DNA of 64,000 nt from a bacterium. GTDB taxonomy: Bacteria; Fibrobacterota; Fibrobacteria; UBA11236. Where the stretch lies: the NCBI GenBank assembly GCA_900299345.1, contig OMJM01000071.1, positions 1,985 to 65,984 of the forward strand, read 5' to 3'. Below, piece after piece: positions 38,824 through 47,056 of the stretch; positions within the stretch are counted from its first letter, which is position 1; each line of letters opens with the position of its first letter. The notes under the pieces are model-generated. The model had not been told where the DNA came from, ran no database searches, and saw nothing but the letters and a program-made list of their open reading frames with translations. The translations under genes were made by a program, and so were the position numbers.

Positions 38824-40713
38824 TTAAAGAGTTAGAGCTTTTTGTTTCAGATCCTGATAGTTGCGCGTATAAACCGAGCGCCCCAAAAATTCACGGTGGT
38901 CATAACCGAAGGCGCGGGAGCTCACCGCCAAAATGGGTGGCGCTTGCACCCTTTTGGCCACCGCAATGCCATTGTAGAGGCTCCACCATTTTTCCAGATC
39001 AGTAATAAAACTCTTAGCGTCCGGGAAATGCGTCTTGAGCTTAAAACCCTCCGGCAACCCCAAGTCCTTTTCCAAGGAACCATCAAGGTACGCTTCCAGA
39101 ATCTCCTCCGGAGTGGCACGATTCCAGCGTTGCACCCAGGAGAAAAACAAGCGATCGTGGTAGGGATAGATCAATGGATCTCCTTTGCCTTCATCCACCG
39201 CCTGATGCTCGCTGAGTTCTGCAGAAGGCGTAACCGCAAAAATTCCTTCCGGAATCACCTCGCGACGATAAACTTCGCCGTTGAGGTGGCGGCCCAACGC
39301 ATACACATCCTCTTTCCACAAATCGCCGAGTGGCGCGAGGAATCCTGCAATGTCGCCGTACAACGTGCCATAACCCACAGTCAGCTCAGCCTTGTTGGTA
39401 TTGCATGAGAACACACCGCCGAACGATGCGGCCACCGCTGCCAGCAAGCGTGCCCCACGATCCCGGGCCTGCATATTCTCAAACACAAAATTTTCCACGG
39501 AAAGTCGGGTCTTGAATTTCCCATCCAACGAGACAGCTTCATAGGCATGCAACTGTTTCCGGCTGACACCCAAACTTTCTTCGATCGGAAGCTCTGCGTA
39601 GAGACAACCGAGATTTTGCGCCAGGGTTTTCGCCAGATTGCGTGTGGTGGAACTGTTGAAACGACTGGGCATATTGACCAGCAACAACTCGTCGGGTTTT
39701 AAAAACTCCGCAAACACCGCGGCAGATACTGCACTGTCAATGCCGCCTGAAACGCCGACGACCACCTTGCGGGTGCCGATCGATTCCAGAAATTTTTCAG
39801 CGCCATAGCGCACGGCATCATGAATTTCGTTGATGACCCGGTCCGTGGAAACTTCGTGCTTATCGTGACCAGACGTCCCTACGTCGACAATGGTTACACC
39901 TTCTTCGTACGCCGCCATCTCCTGCAACACCTTGCCATCGCGGCTATACACTGTGCTGCGACCATCGAAGGTGTACAGGGTCTTGCCGTTGTTCTGAATG
40001 CCGGCACAATTCACGTACACCAGGGGCGATCCGATCAAGTTGGCCTTGGCGCCGAAAACACGATGGCGTTTGCCGTTCTTTCCACGGGTAAACGGCGAAG
40101 AACTCAGATTGAGCGTGAGATCCGGCTTCTTCCTCGCAAGAACTTCCATCGGCTTTTGTGCGTAGTCATCCTCCCACGCGTCTTCGCACAACACAATCCC
40201 GAGACGTAAAGGTTTTCCACCGACATCCAGCGTCACCGGCTCGACAAAATTCTCCCAAGGCCGACCGATTTCCTGGGCCAATTTGCGTGTGTCGTAAAAA
40301 TGCCGCGCATCCTCGAACTCGCGGTAATTCGGCAGCAAGGTTTTGACCCCGTAAGGACGATGTAATGTTGGGTGTTCGGAAACTTTGCCATTCCTCGCCA
40401 AAATCCATGCGTTGAACTTGCGAGGACGCCCGTCCTCGTTCTTCGCATTCCAATCCACGGCCACATTGCCGAACACAACTGCAGGCCCTCTTGCCGTGGC
40501 CTCCACGATCCGTTGGCTCCAAAATTCGCACTCGCGAAGAAACGCCGAACGCTCCCACGCGTCACCGAGAAAATATCCGGGAACACACATCTCTGGAAAC
40601 ACCAGTAAATCGCAACGGCCCCGATGCTCTGCAATCCACCGGAGCATGATTTCCGCATTGCGTGCGGGTTCACCGGGATGCACGCGCATCTGGCAGAGGC
40701 CTACCCTCAGCAT
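38824..40713 (-). CDS. nadE: Glutamine-dependent NAD+ synthetase
   Basis: Nitrilase domain (FPE, K, CED) plus 'SGGIDS', 'ENMQARDRG', 'NKAE..VGYGTLYGD'. Confidence 0.95.
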   Translation of the reverse strand: MLRVGLCQMRVHPGEPARNAEIMLRWIAEHRGRCDLLVFPEMCVPGYFLGDAWERSAFLRECEFWSQRIVEATARGPAVVFGNVAVDWNAKNEDGRPRKFNAWILARNGKVSEHPTLHRPYGVKTLLPNYREFEDARHFYDTRKLAQEIGRPWENFVEPVTLDVGGKPLRLGIVLCEDAWEDDYAQKPMEVLARKKPDLTLNLSSSPFTRGKNGKRHRVFGAKANLIGSPLVYVNCAGIQNNGKTLYTFDGRSTVYSRDGKVLQEMAAYEEGVTIVDVGTSGHDKHEVSTDRVINEIHDAVRYGAEKFLESIGTRKVVVGVSGGIDSAVSAAVFAEFLKPDELLLVNMPSRFNSSTTRNLAKTLAQNLGCLYAELPIEESLGVSRKQLHAYEAVSLDGKFKTRLSVENFVFENMQARDRGARLLAAVAASFGGVFSCNTNKAELTVGYGTLYGDIAGFLAPLGDLWKEDVYALGRHLNGEVYRREVIPEGIFAVTPSAELSEHQAVDEGKGDPLIYPYHDRLFFSWVQRWNRATPEEILEAYLDGSLEKDLGLPEGFKLKTHFPDAKSFITDLEKWWSLYNGIAVAKRVQAPPILAVSSRAFGYDHREFLGRSVYTRNYQDLKQKALTL

Positions 40714-40716
40714 CGA

Positions 40717-41205
40717 TTAATGCTTTCCCAGTTGAGCCTGCAGAGCAAGGCGGTGGTCGCGCCGGATTCCCGCCTGTTCGAAGCGGCGTTTTTCATCCGC
40801 AGTCTCAGGCGCCACCGGAGCCACTTCCACTGTCTTCCCATTCATGTCCAGCGCGACAAAGGTGAGATACGCCGAACAAACGTGCTCCTCTTCTTTGTTT
40901 CCGTACGACAACGACGTCACAATCACGCCGACTTCCAGCGAATGCTTGAAGACGCGGTTCACCGAGGCCTTGATGGTCAGGATGGAGGAAATCCGCACCG
41001 GCTTGCGAAACACGAGGTTATCAATGGACAAGGTGACCACCGGCCCGCGCACATGTTTCATGGCGCTAATGGCGGCAATCTTATCAATGATGCTGACGAG
41101 CCGGCCTCCGAACAAATGCCCCATGGAATTGAGATCCGCCTGTTGGATAATCTCGGAGGATTCGACGCGGGATTGTGCGACCGTGGTCACAGAAGCTGTA
41201 TTCAT
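40717..41205 (-). CDS. Acyl-CoA thioesterase (hotdog, YciA-like)
   Basis: 'DLNSMGHLFGGRLVSIID', 'SAYLTFVALD'. Confidence 0.9.
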   Translation of the reverse strand: MNTASVTTVAQSRVESSEIIQQADLNSMGHLFGGRLVSIIDKIAAISAMKHVRGPVVTLSIDNLVFRKPVRISSILTIKASVNRVFKHSLEVGVIVTSLSYGNKEEEHVCSAYLTFVALDMNGKTVEVAPVAPETADEKRRFEQAGIRRDHRLALQAQLGKH

Positions 41206-41243
41206 GCCTGAAAAGGTAGAACTGCGTGTTGTAGATTTCGCGC

Positions 41244-42647
41244 ATGCGTTTTTCCCGCGTTGGGCTGGTAGTCATGGGTTTCTGCGCCGGAATTCAGGCC
41301 AAATCCGACTCGGCCTTGATGAGTCCGCCTCCACATTCCCAATGGGGATTTGCGGTAGCCGACGCACAGACCGGGACTGTGTTGGCGGAAGCGGGTGGCG
41401 ACCGCTTTCTGACACCGGCTTCCACCGTCAAATTGCTCACCACAGCGTTCGCCATTGAGCAACTCGGTACGACCCATGTTTTCCCTACCGTACTGTATCG
41501 TACGGGTAGGATCAAGCGCGGAGTTCTGAACGGTGATCTCTGGATCAAGGGAAATGGAAATCCCGCACTAGGGAGTGATCTTGCGGACACTTCCCAAAGA
41601 ATTGCGGCTGTATTCGGAATATTCCTGCATGCTTTGGAACAAAACGGCATCCGTCAGGTGAATGGAACCATTTACGGCGATGGAAGCCGGATCAAATCCC
41701 GTGGGCCTGCCATGGGCGCCCTGTGGGAAGATGTGGGCAACTACTACGGTGCCTGGCCGTCAGGTCTGTGCTTTCACGACAACGCCTACACGCTTTCACT
41801 AGGCCTGCGCGGAACCCGTCTTACTGCTTTGGAAACCAACCCCAGAAACACAGGAATCCCCCACTTTCAAATCGATGCGCACAATTCGGGACCTTGGAAC
41901 GGCGACTCCTGCTACATCCTCGGGGCTTTCTGGAATTCTCCGCGCGTTGTCGCCGGGGGCTGCCCTATTTTGGGAAAACCTCTGAAAATCAGGGGCAGCC
42001 TCCCTGATCCCGCATGGACTTGCGCCAGGGAATTCGAGGATTACCTGCGTGACCATGGCACGCCGGTGAAAGGGTATGATTCGCGGCGTACAGAAGAGCC
42101 ACTTCCCTACTCGCAAACTCTTCCAGCAGGTGCAGTGAAATTGGTGGAGCATCTTTCGCCGCAGGTGCTAGACTTGGTGGCCACTCTCCACAAAAAGAGC
42201 GACAATCTTTATGCGGCCCAACTATTGAATCTTTCCGGTGGTGCAGGGGCCTTGCAGAAATGGCTTCAGGCCCAACATCGGAAGGCCGGAGATGCTGTGG
42301 ACCTCGAAGACGGTAACGGCTTGTCGCTACGCAATCGGATCACGCCCGTGGCCATGACGCAATTTCTTTCCAACTTCTCGCACAAAAGATGGTTTGCCGC
42401 CTGGCGCACCACCTTGCCCGACGGCGCGACGCAGTTGTCCAGGTCACGCGGCAATTCCCTGCCCAAGGGAAAATCCTGGATCAAAACCGGCAGCATGAGC
42501 GGCATCGCGGCCATGGCGGGATACGCACAGACTCAGTCCGGACGCCTCATCACTTTTTCTGTGATTGTGAACCACTTCGACGAAAGCCCCTCTGCCGTCC
42601 GCAGTCGGTGGGAATCCCTTCTACACTCGTGGCTGCAGAAGTACTGA
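41244..42647 (+). CDS. dacB: D-Ala-D-Ala carboxypeptidase/endopeptidase PBP4 (peptidase S13)
   Basis: SxxK 'PASTVK', SxN 'SDN', KTG 'KTGSM', 'DGNGLS..N'. Confidence 0.92.
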   Translation: MRFSRVGLVVMGFCAGIQAKSDSALMSPPPHSQWGFAVADAQTGTVLAEAGGDRFLTPASTVKLLTTAFAIEQLGTTHVFPTVLYRTGRIKRGVLNGDLWIKGNGNPALGSDLADTSQRIAAVFGIFLHALEQNGIRQVNGTIYGDGSRIKSRGPAMGALWEDVGNYYGAWPSGLCFHDNAYTLSLGLRGTRLTALETNPRNTGIPHFQIDAHNSGPWNGDSCYILGAFWNSPRVVAGGCPILGKPLKIRGSLPDPAWTCAREFEDYLRDHGTPVKGYDSRRTEEPLPYSQTLPAGAVKLVEHLSPQVLDLVATLHKKSDNLYAAQLLNLSGGAGALQKWLQAQHRKAGDAVDLEDGNGLSLRNRITPVAMTQFLSNFSHKRWFAAWRTTLPDGATQLSRSRGNSLPKGKSWIKTGSMSGIAAMAGYAQTQSGRLITFSVIVNHFDESPSAVRSRWESLLHSWLQKY

Positions 42648-42691
42648 AATTCATCAAGAATCCTTCTTGAGCGTCATTTCAATGACGAAGG

Positions 42692-42724
42692 TTGACAGTT
42701 CTCAGATTGAGACTTAATCTTAAT
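42692..42724 (+). promoter_or_regulatory. Sigma70 promoter overlapped by a Fur-like 19-bp palindrome
   Basis: TTGACA(42692)-N17-TAATCT(42715); ATTGAGACT-T-AATCTTAAT at 42706-42724. Confidence 0.55.
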
Positions 42725-42749
42725 CTTGAATCAACGAAGGAATCCCTCC

Positions 42750-43556
42750 ATGTCAAGATCTTTCACCAGGCTAAAACTGACCGTGATCGGAACGCTACTG
42801 ACTTCACTCGCGTGGTCCGATGTGCATCACTTCGGATACATCACAGAAACCGGAACTTTGCCCGCCGGAGCCACGGAAGTGGAAATTTGGAACACGGCGC
42901 GCATCGGAAAGGATGCGTACTACTACGGTTTGGATCAGCGGCTGGAATTCGAAACCGGCCTCACGGATCACCTGCAAGCTTCGCTCTATCTCAACTGGAT
43001 GCGGACCACGGAAGCAGCGGGCACCTCAGATACGCTGCGAAGTACCTCCGCGTTCAAAGGGCTGTCCGCAGAGTTGAAGTACAAGATTTCCGATCCCTCG
43101 GCGGACGCCTTGGGTTTCGGTTTGTATGGCGAGCTGGGCTTCAACACGGACGCGACAGAACTCGAAGGCAAGGCGCTGCTTGACAAAAATGTCGGCTCGT
43201 GGATCCTCGCGGCCAACCTGATCGTCGAAGCGGAGATCGAAAATCGTTCCCTGGAAACCGAAGAAATCGAAATCTCCCCGGTTATCGGAGCGGCCTATGA
43301 AATCAGCCCGCGCATCTCTGCGGGACTTGAACTCCGCAACCACAATGAATTCGAAAAAGAAGGCGGCGAAAGTTTTGAATGGATGAACTCGGCGGTGTAT
43401 CTCGGCCCTTCGCTGGCCTACACGACCAAGGCCATGACCGTTACCTTTACCCTGTTGCCGCAACTCCCGGCGCTGAAAACAGAAGACGGTACAACGTTCG
43501 AATTGCATGATCATGAAAAAGTGGAAGCCCGCCTTCATCTCTCGCTTCATTTCTAA
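42750..43556 (+). CDS. Putative outer-membrane porin (DUF6662-like)
   Basis: Signal peptide; 'FGYITETGTLPAGATEVE', 'EFETGLTD', acidic beta-strands; terminal F; GAAGGA RBS. Confidence 0.65.
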   Translation: MSRSFTRLKLTVIGTLLTSLAWSDVHHFGYITETGTLPAGATEVEIWNTARIGKDAYYYGLDQRLEFETGLTDHLQASLYLNWMRTTEAAGTSDTLRSTSAFKGLSAELKYKISDPSADALGFGLYGELGFNTDATELEGKALLDKNVGSWILAANLIVEAEIENRSLETEEIEISPVIGAAYEISPRISAGLELRNHNEFEKEGGESFEWMNSAVYLGPSLAYTTKAMTVTFTLLPQLPALKTEDGTTFELHDHEKVEARLHLSLHF

Positions 43557-43920
43557 CCTGCGGCGCGGCGCGGCCGGATTCGGCTTCGCCGCCATTCTGT
43601 TCGCCTGCGCGGGAACCATTCCTGAACCCGGCGACAATCACCTCCATTACGCCGCAGCGCATGGCTATTCCACGTCTTTGGAAAACCTGCGCGAAGGGCG
43701 CGCCTTGATGTTGCGCAAGTGCGACGGCTGCCATTCCTTTCCCCGCATCAAACGGTATGCCCCGGAAAAATGGCCCGCAATCATGGATTCCATGCGCATC
43801 GAAGCCAAGCTTTCTTCCCATCAGGACACCCTGATTCGAAATTATCTGATGATCGCCTCGGGAAATTTGAGGGACTCGCTGGCGGCGGTTACAGCGGCTA
43901 AGCACAGCACACCTCAATAG
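43513..43920 (+). CDS. Monoheme cytochrome c lipoprotein
   Basis: Lipobox LFAC, CDGCH at 43720-43734, downstream W..IM..M axial ligand candidate; start uncertain (43507/43513). Confidence 0.75.
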   Translation: MKKWKPAFISRFISNLRRGAAGFGFAAILFACAGTIPEPGDNHLHYAAAHGYSTSLENLREGRALMLRKCDGCHSFPRIKRYAPEKWPAIMDSMRIEAKLSSHQDTLIRNYLMIASGNLRDSLAAVTAAKHSTPQ

Positions 43921-44016
43921 CTTTTCCCCTCCCCCCTTTTTCTAAACTATTCTCCGCCCCATCCCGGGGCGCAAGACTCGGTCTGACACCTACTACCCCG
44001 TTCTCAGGAGCCCCGC

Positions 44017-47000
44017 ATGGCCATCATGGATTTTCTCCGCCCCCAATGGAAACACAGCAACCCGGAACTCCGCGCCGCAGCCTTGCGCGCGCTGCAGGAC
44101 GACCGGCAGGAAGTGTTTCTCTCGGTGACCCTGGAGGATCCGGATCCGGCTCTGCGATTGGCCGCTTCCAAGCGGTTGAATCAGGAGACCGCCTTGCGTC
44201 AGGCTTTGGACAAAAGTTCTGACAAAAGCGTCCAGGATATTTCCCGCAAAACCCTGAATCAAATCCTTACGGAACAGGTCAAGGCTGCGAGCTCTCAAGA
44301 ACTCGATGCCGCGCGCGGATGGATGAAGGAATTGCAATCCATCGACAAGGCCGTGGAAGACATCGCCCGCAATGCCCGATCTCCAGAAATCCGTCGCGAA
44401 GCCTCCGCGGCATTAACCCATGCCAGCGCCATTCTCAACGTCACACTGGAAGAGGACGTCACAGACATCGCGCTCTCCGCACTGGCCCGACTCTCCCGCG
44501 AACCGCATCTGCAATCCGTGGCCAAGAGTGCGAAAGCTAGGGAGGCGCGCGCAAAAGCTAAGGAACGCCTCAAGGTCATTGAGGACAGCAAGAAACCCGA
44601 CGCCTTGGCTGTTTACCGCGCCAAACTGCAACTCATTCTCGCCGTGGCGGAAAAGGCCGAAGCAGGCACCGCCGAATTGAATCCCAATTTCCCATGGGAA
44701 GCCACACTCGAACAGGTGGATGAAGCCGAACGCGCATTGCGCGAACTCATGGAATCCGGCGCGACGCTGGACAACGGACAGGTGGTGTTGTTCCGCAATC
44801 GAGTGACCGCGTTCCGAAACCGCCTCACGCGCCACCGCGCTTCGGAAGTTTCACGCGCTGAACGCGAACGCGATGAAAAGCACAACCGCGAGATCAAGGA
44901 AAGCCTCTGCGCCCGCATGGAGGAAATCTTCGCCAGCTCGCAGGCCGTGGACTCCGCGGAAATCGACACGTTGACGCGGCGTTTCGAATCGACCGGCCCC
45001 TGTCCGGAAGATGATGCCCTGCGTGACAAATTCCGTCTGGCCAAAAGCCGCGTGGTGCGCGAACGCCTCCAGAAGCAACGCGAGATCGAAGAAACTGCGC
45101 GGCGCAAGAATGAAGCCGAGAACGAGGAAGCGCGCAAGGAAGACGCGCGGCGCAGGGCCGAGGCGTGGGCCAAGCATGGACCCAAGCTTGTGGAATGGAT
45201 CGTCGAACTCGAAGAATTGTCCGGTTCCTCTGATGTGAAGCATTCGGAAAAGCGGCTCCGGGATATTCAGAGCCAATGGAAAAATCTGATCGTCAACGCT
45301 CCGGAGGATGAAGCCGCCAGACTGAACTCGCGCTACCATGCCGTTGCGGATCGCCTGCGCGAGGCCATGGACTGGCTGCGCTGGTCCAACCTGCAGCGCA
45401 AGCAGGATATTTGCGCGCAGCTCGAAGCCTTGATCCCGCAGGAGGATCTCAAATCGCTGGTGACCCGCTTCAAGGGCTTGCTCTCGGAGTGGAAAACCGT
45501 CGGGCCGGTTCCGTGGGAAAACACCGAGGCGACATGGGACCGTTACCATCAAGCCTGCGACGCGTTATACGAGAAATGCCGCGAGTATTTCGCCGAGATC
45601 GAGGAAGAGCTCGAAAGCAACGCGCGCGCGAAAGAGGAAATCTGCGTCAAGCTTGAGGCTTTGTTGGCGCAAGAAGGCGGCGACTGGCGCGAATCCAATG
45701 AAACATTCCGGGAAGCGCAGTCCGCATGGAAGGCCATCGGTTCCGCACCCCGCGACAAAAACGACGCCTTGTGGGCGCGTTACCGCAACATCTGCCAGTC
45801 GTTCTACGGACGCAAGGATCAGCAGCAGCAGGACAATCTGAAGCAGAAGCTGGAACTCGTCGCGCTGGCCGAAGGCCTGAAGGATTCGACGGACTGGAAA
45901 AACACGGCCGCACAAATCAAGGAAGCGCAGGAAAAATGGAAGTCCATTGGACCCGTGCCCAAGGATGAGGCGGAAGGATTATGGCAGCGTTTCCACGCCG
46001 CCTGCGAAACCTTCTTCCAGGCGCGCAAGGCGCACTTCGAGAAGATGGAGCAGGATCGTCCTGCAAATCTCGAGAAGAAGCTCGCGCTTTGTGAACTCGT
46101 GGAAAAGCTGAACGAACTCCCCAGCGACAAGGAGCGATACGAACGCATCCTCGATGCGCAGGCGCAGTGGAAGGAAATCGGACCTGTGCCGCGCGAACAG
46201 GAGGATGCCGTCTGGGAACGCTTCCGCAAGCCCATGGACGATTATTTCCAGGAACGCCGCGAACGGATGAAAAACGAACGGGCCCAGCGCGAGGAGAACG
46301 CCAAAATCAAGGAAGATCTGTGCATCGAGGCTGAAGCCTTGCGCGATTCCACGGACTGGAAAGCCACGATCGAGAAGATCAAGGCGTTGCAAGCCCGCTG
46401 GAAAACATCGGGTCCAACCTTCCGCGACCTCGACCAGGAGTTGTGGAAACGCTTCCGTGGCGCGTGCGACGCCTTCTTCGATCGCCTCAAGGAGAATTCC
46501 GCAAAGCGTGACCAGGAGCGCGAAGGCAACCTTCTCAAAAAGATCGACATCTGCTTCACCATCGAAATCCTCAGCGGCACACCGCCGGCAGACGATGAAT
46601 CGAAACACGCGCGAGAAGCGTGGATCGAAACACAACGCGCCAAAGGGGCTTCCGTACCGCAACCGATGGACGACTGGAAAAAGGCCACGGATCGTGTGAA
46701 ATACTTTCAGGGCGAATGGAAGAAAGTCGGCCCCGCGCCGCGCGAACAAAACGAACTCATCTGGGATCGCTTCCAGCGCGCCAACGATCTGTTCTTCGAG
46801 GAGCGCCGCCGCGCCATGGGACTGCCCGCCGACGATCCACAGGCCAATCTCGAAGGCAAGCTGGCGTTGATTGCGGACGCCGAGGAACTCGCGCATGATC
46901 CGGGTTCGCACAATACGGACACCGTCCGCAAGCTGTTCCAGCAATGGAAGCGCATCGGACCCGTACCGCGCGCCCAGTCGGATTACGTGTGGGAGCGTTT

Positions 47001-47055
47001 CAGCACGGCCTGCGACACGGCCGTCGGCAAGACGACCGAACCCGCCGGAGCCTGA
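44017..47055 (+). CDS. DUF349 repeat protein with an N-terminal HEAT-like region
   Basis: Seven 'WK.iGpvPr....lW.RF' repeats; N-terminal 'FLRPQWKHSNPELR'; AGGAG RBS. Confidence 0.85.
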   Translation: MAIMDFLRPQWKHSNPELRAAALRALQDDRQEVFLSVTLEDPDPALRLAASKRLNQETALRQALDKSSDKSVQDISRKTLNQILTEQVKAASSQELDAARGWMKELQSIDKAVEDIARNARSPEIRREASAALTHASAILNVTLEEDVTDIALSALARLSREPHLQSVAKSAKAREARAKAKERLKVIEDSKKPDALAVYRAKLQLILAVAEKAEAGTAELNPNFPWEATLEQVDEAERALRELMESGATLDNGQVVLFRNRVTAFRNRLTRHRASEVSRAERERDEKHNREIKESLCARMEEIFASSQAVDSAEIDTLTRRFESTGPCPEDDALRDKFRLAKSRVVRERLQKQREIEETARRKNEAENEEARKEDARRRAEAWAKHGPKLVEWIVELEELSGSSDVKHSEKRLRDIQSQWKNLIVNAPEDEAARLNSRYHAVADRLREAMDWLRWSNLQRKQDICAQLEALIPQEDLKSLVTRFKGLLSEWKTVGPVPWENTEATWDRYHQACDALYEKCREYFAEIEEELESNARAKEEICVKLEALLAQEGGDWRESNETFREAQSAWKAIGSAPRDKNDALWARYRNICQSFYGRKDQQQQDNLKQKLELVALAEGLKDSTDWKNTAAQIKEAQEKWKSIGPVPKDEAEGLWQRFHAACETFFQARKAHFEKMEQDRPANLEKKLALCELVEKLNELPSDKERYERILDAQAQWKEIGPVPREQEDAVWERFRKPMDDYFQERRERMKNERAQREENAKIKEDLCIEAEALRDSTDWKATIEKIKALQARWKTSGPTFRDLDQELWKRFRGACDAFFDRLKENSAKRDQEREGNLLKKIDICFTIEILSGTPPADDESKHAREAWIETQRAKGASVPQPMDDWKKATDRVKYFQGEWKKVGPAPREQNELIWDRFQRANDLFFEERRRAMGLPADDPQANLEGKLALIADAEELAHDPGSHNTDTVRKLFQQWKRIGPVPRAQSDYVWERFSTACDTAVGKTTEPAGA

Positions 47056-47056
47056 C

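Noticed and set aside
43921-44016. Pyrimidine-rich stretch and small hairpins before DUF349 as a tRNA or ncRNA
   Set aside because: No cloverleaf or known RNA motif; consistent with an ordinary promoter and 5' UTR
46871-47056. ORF-track N-terminal extension of polA (similarly extensions at 20029, 27738, 29310 and 49732)
   Set aside because: They overlap upstream genes; homology-like sequence and translational coupling begin at the later starts used above
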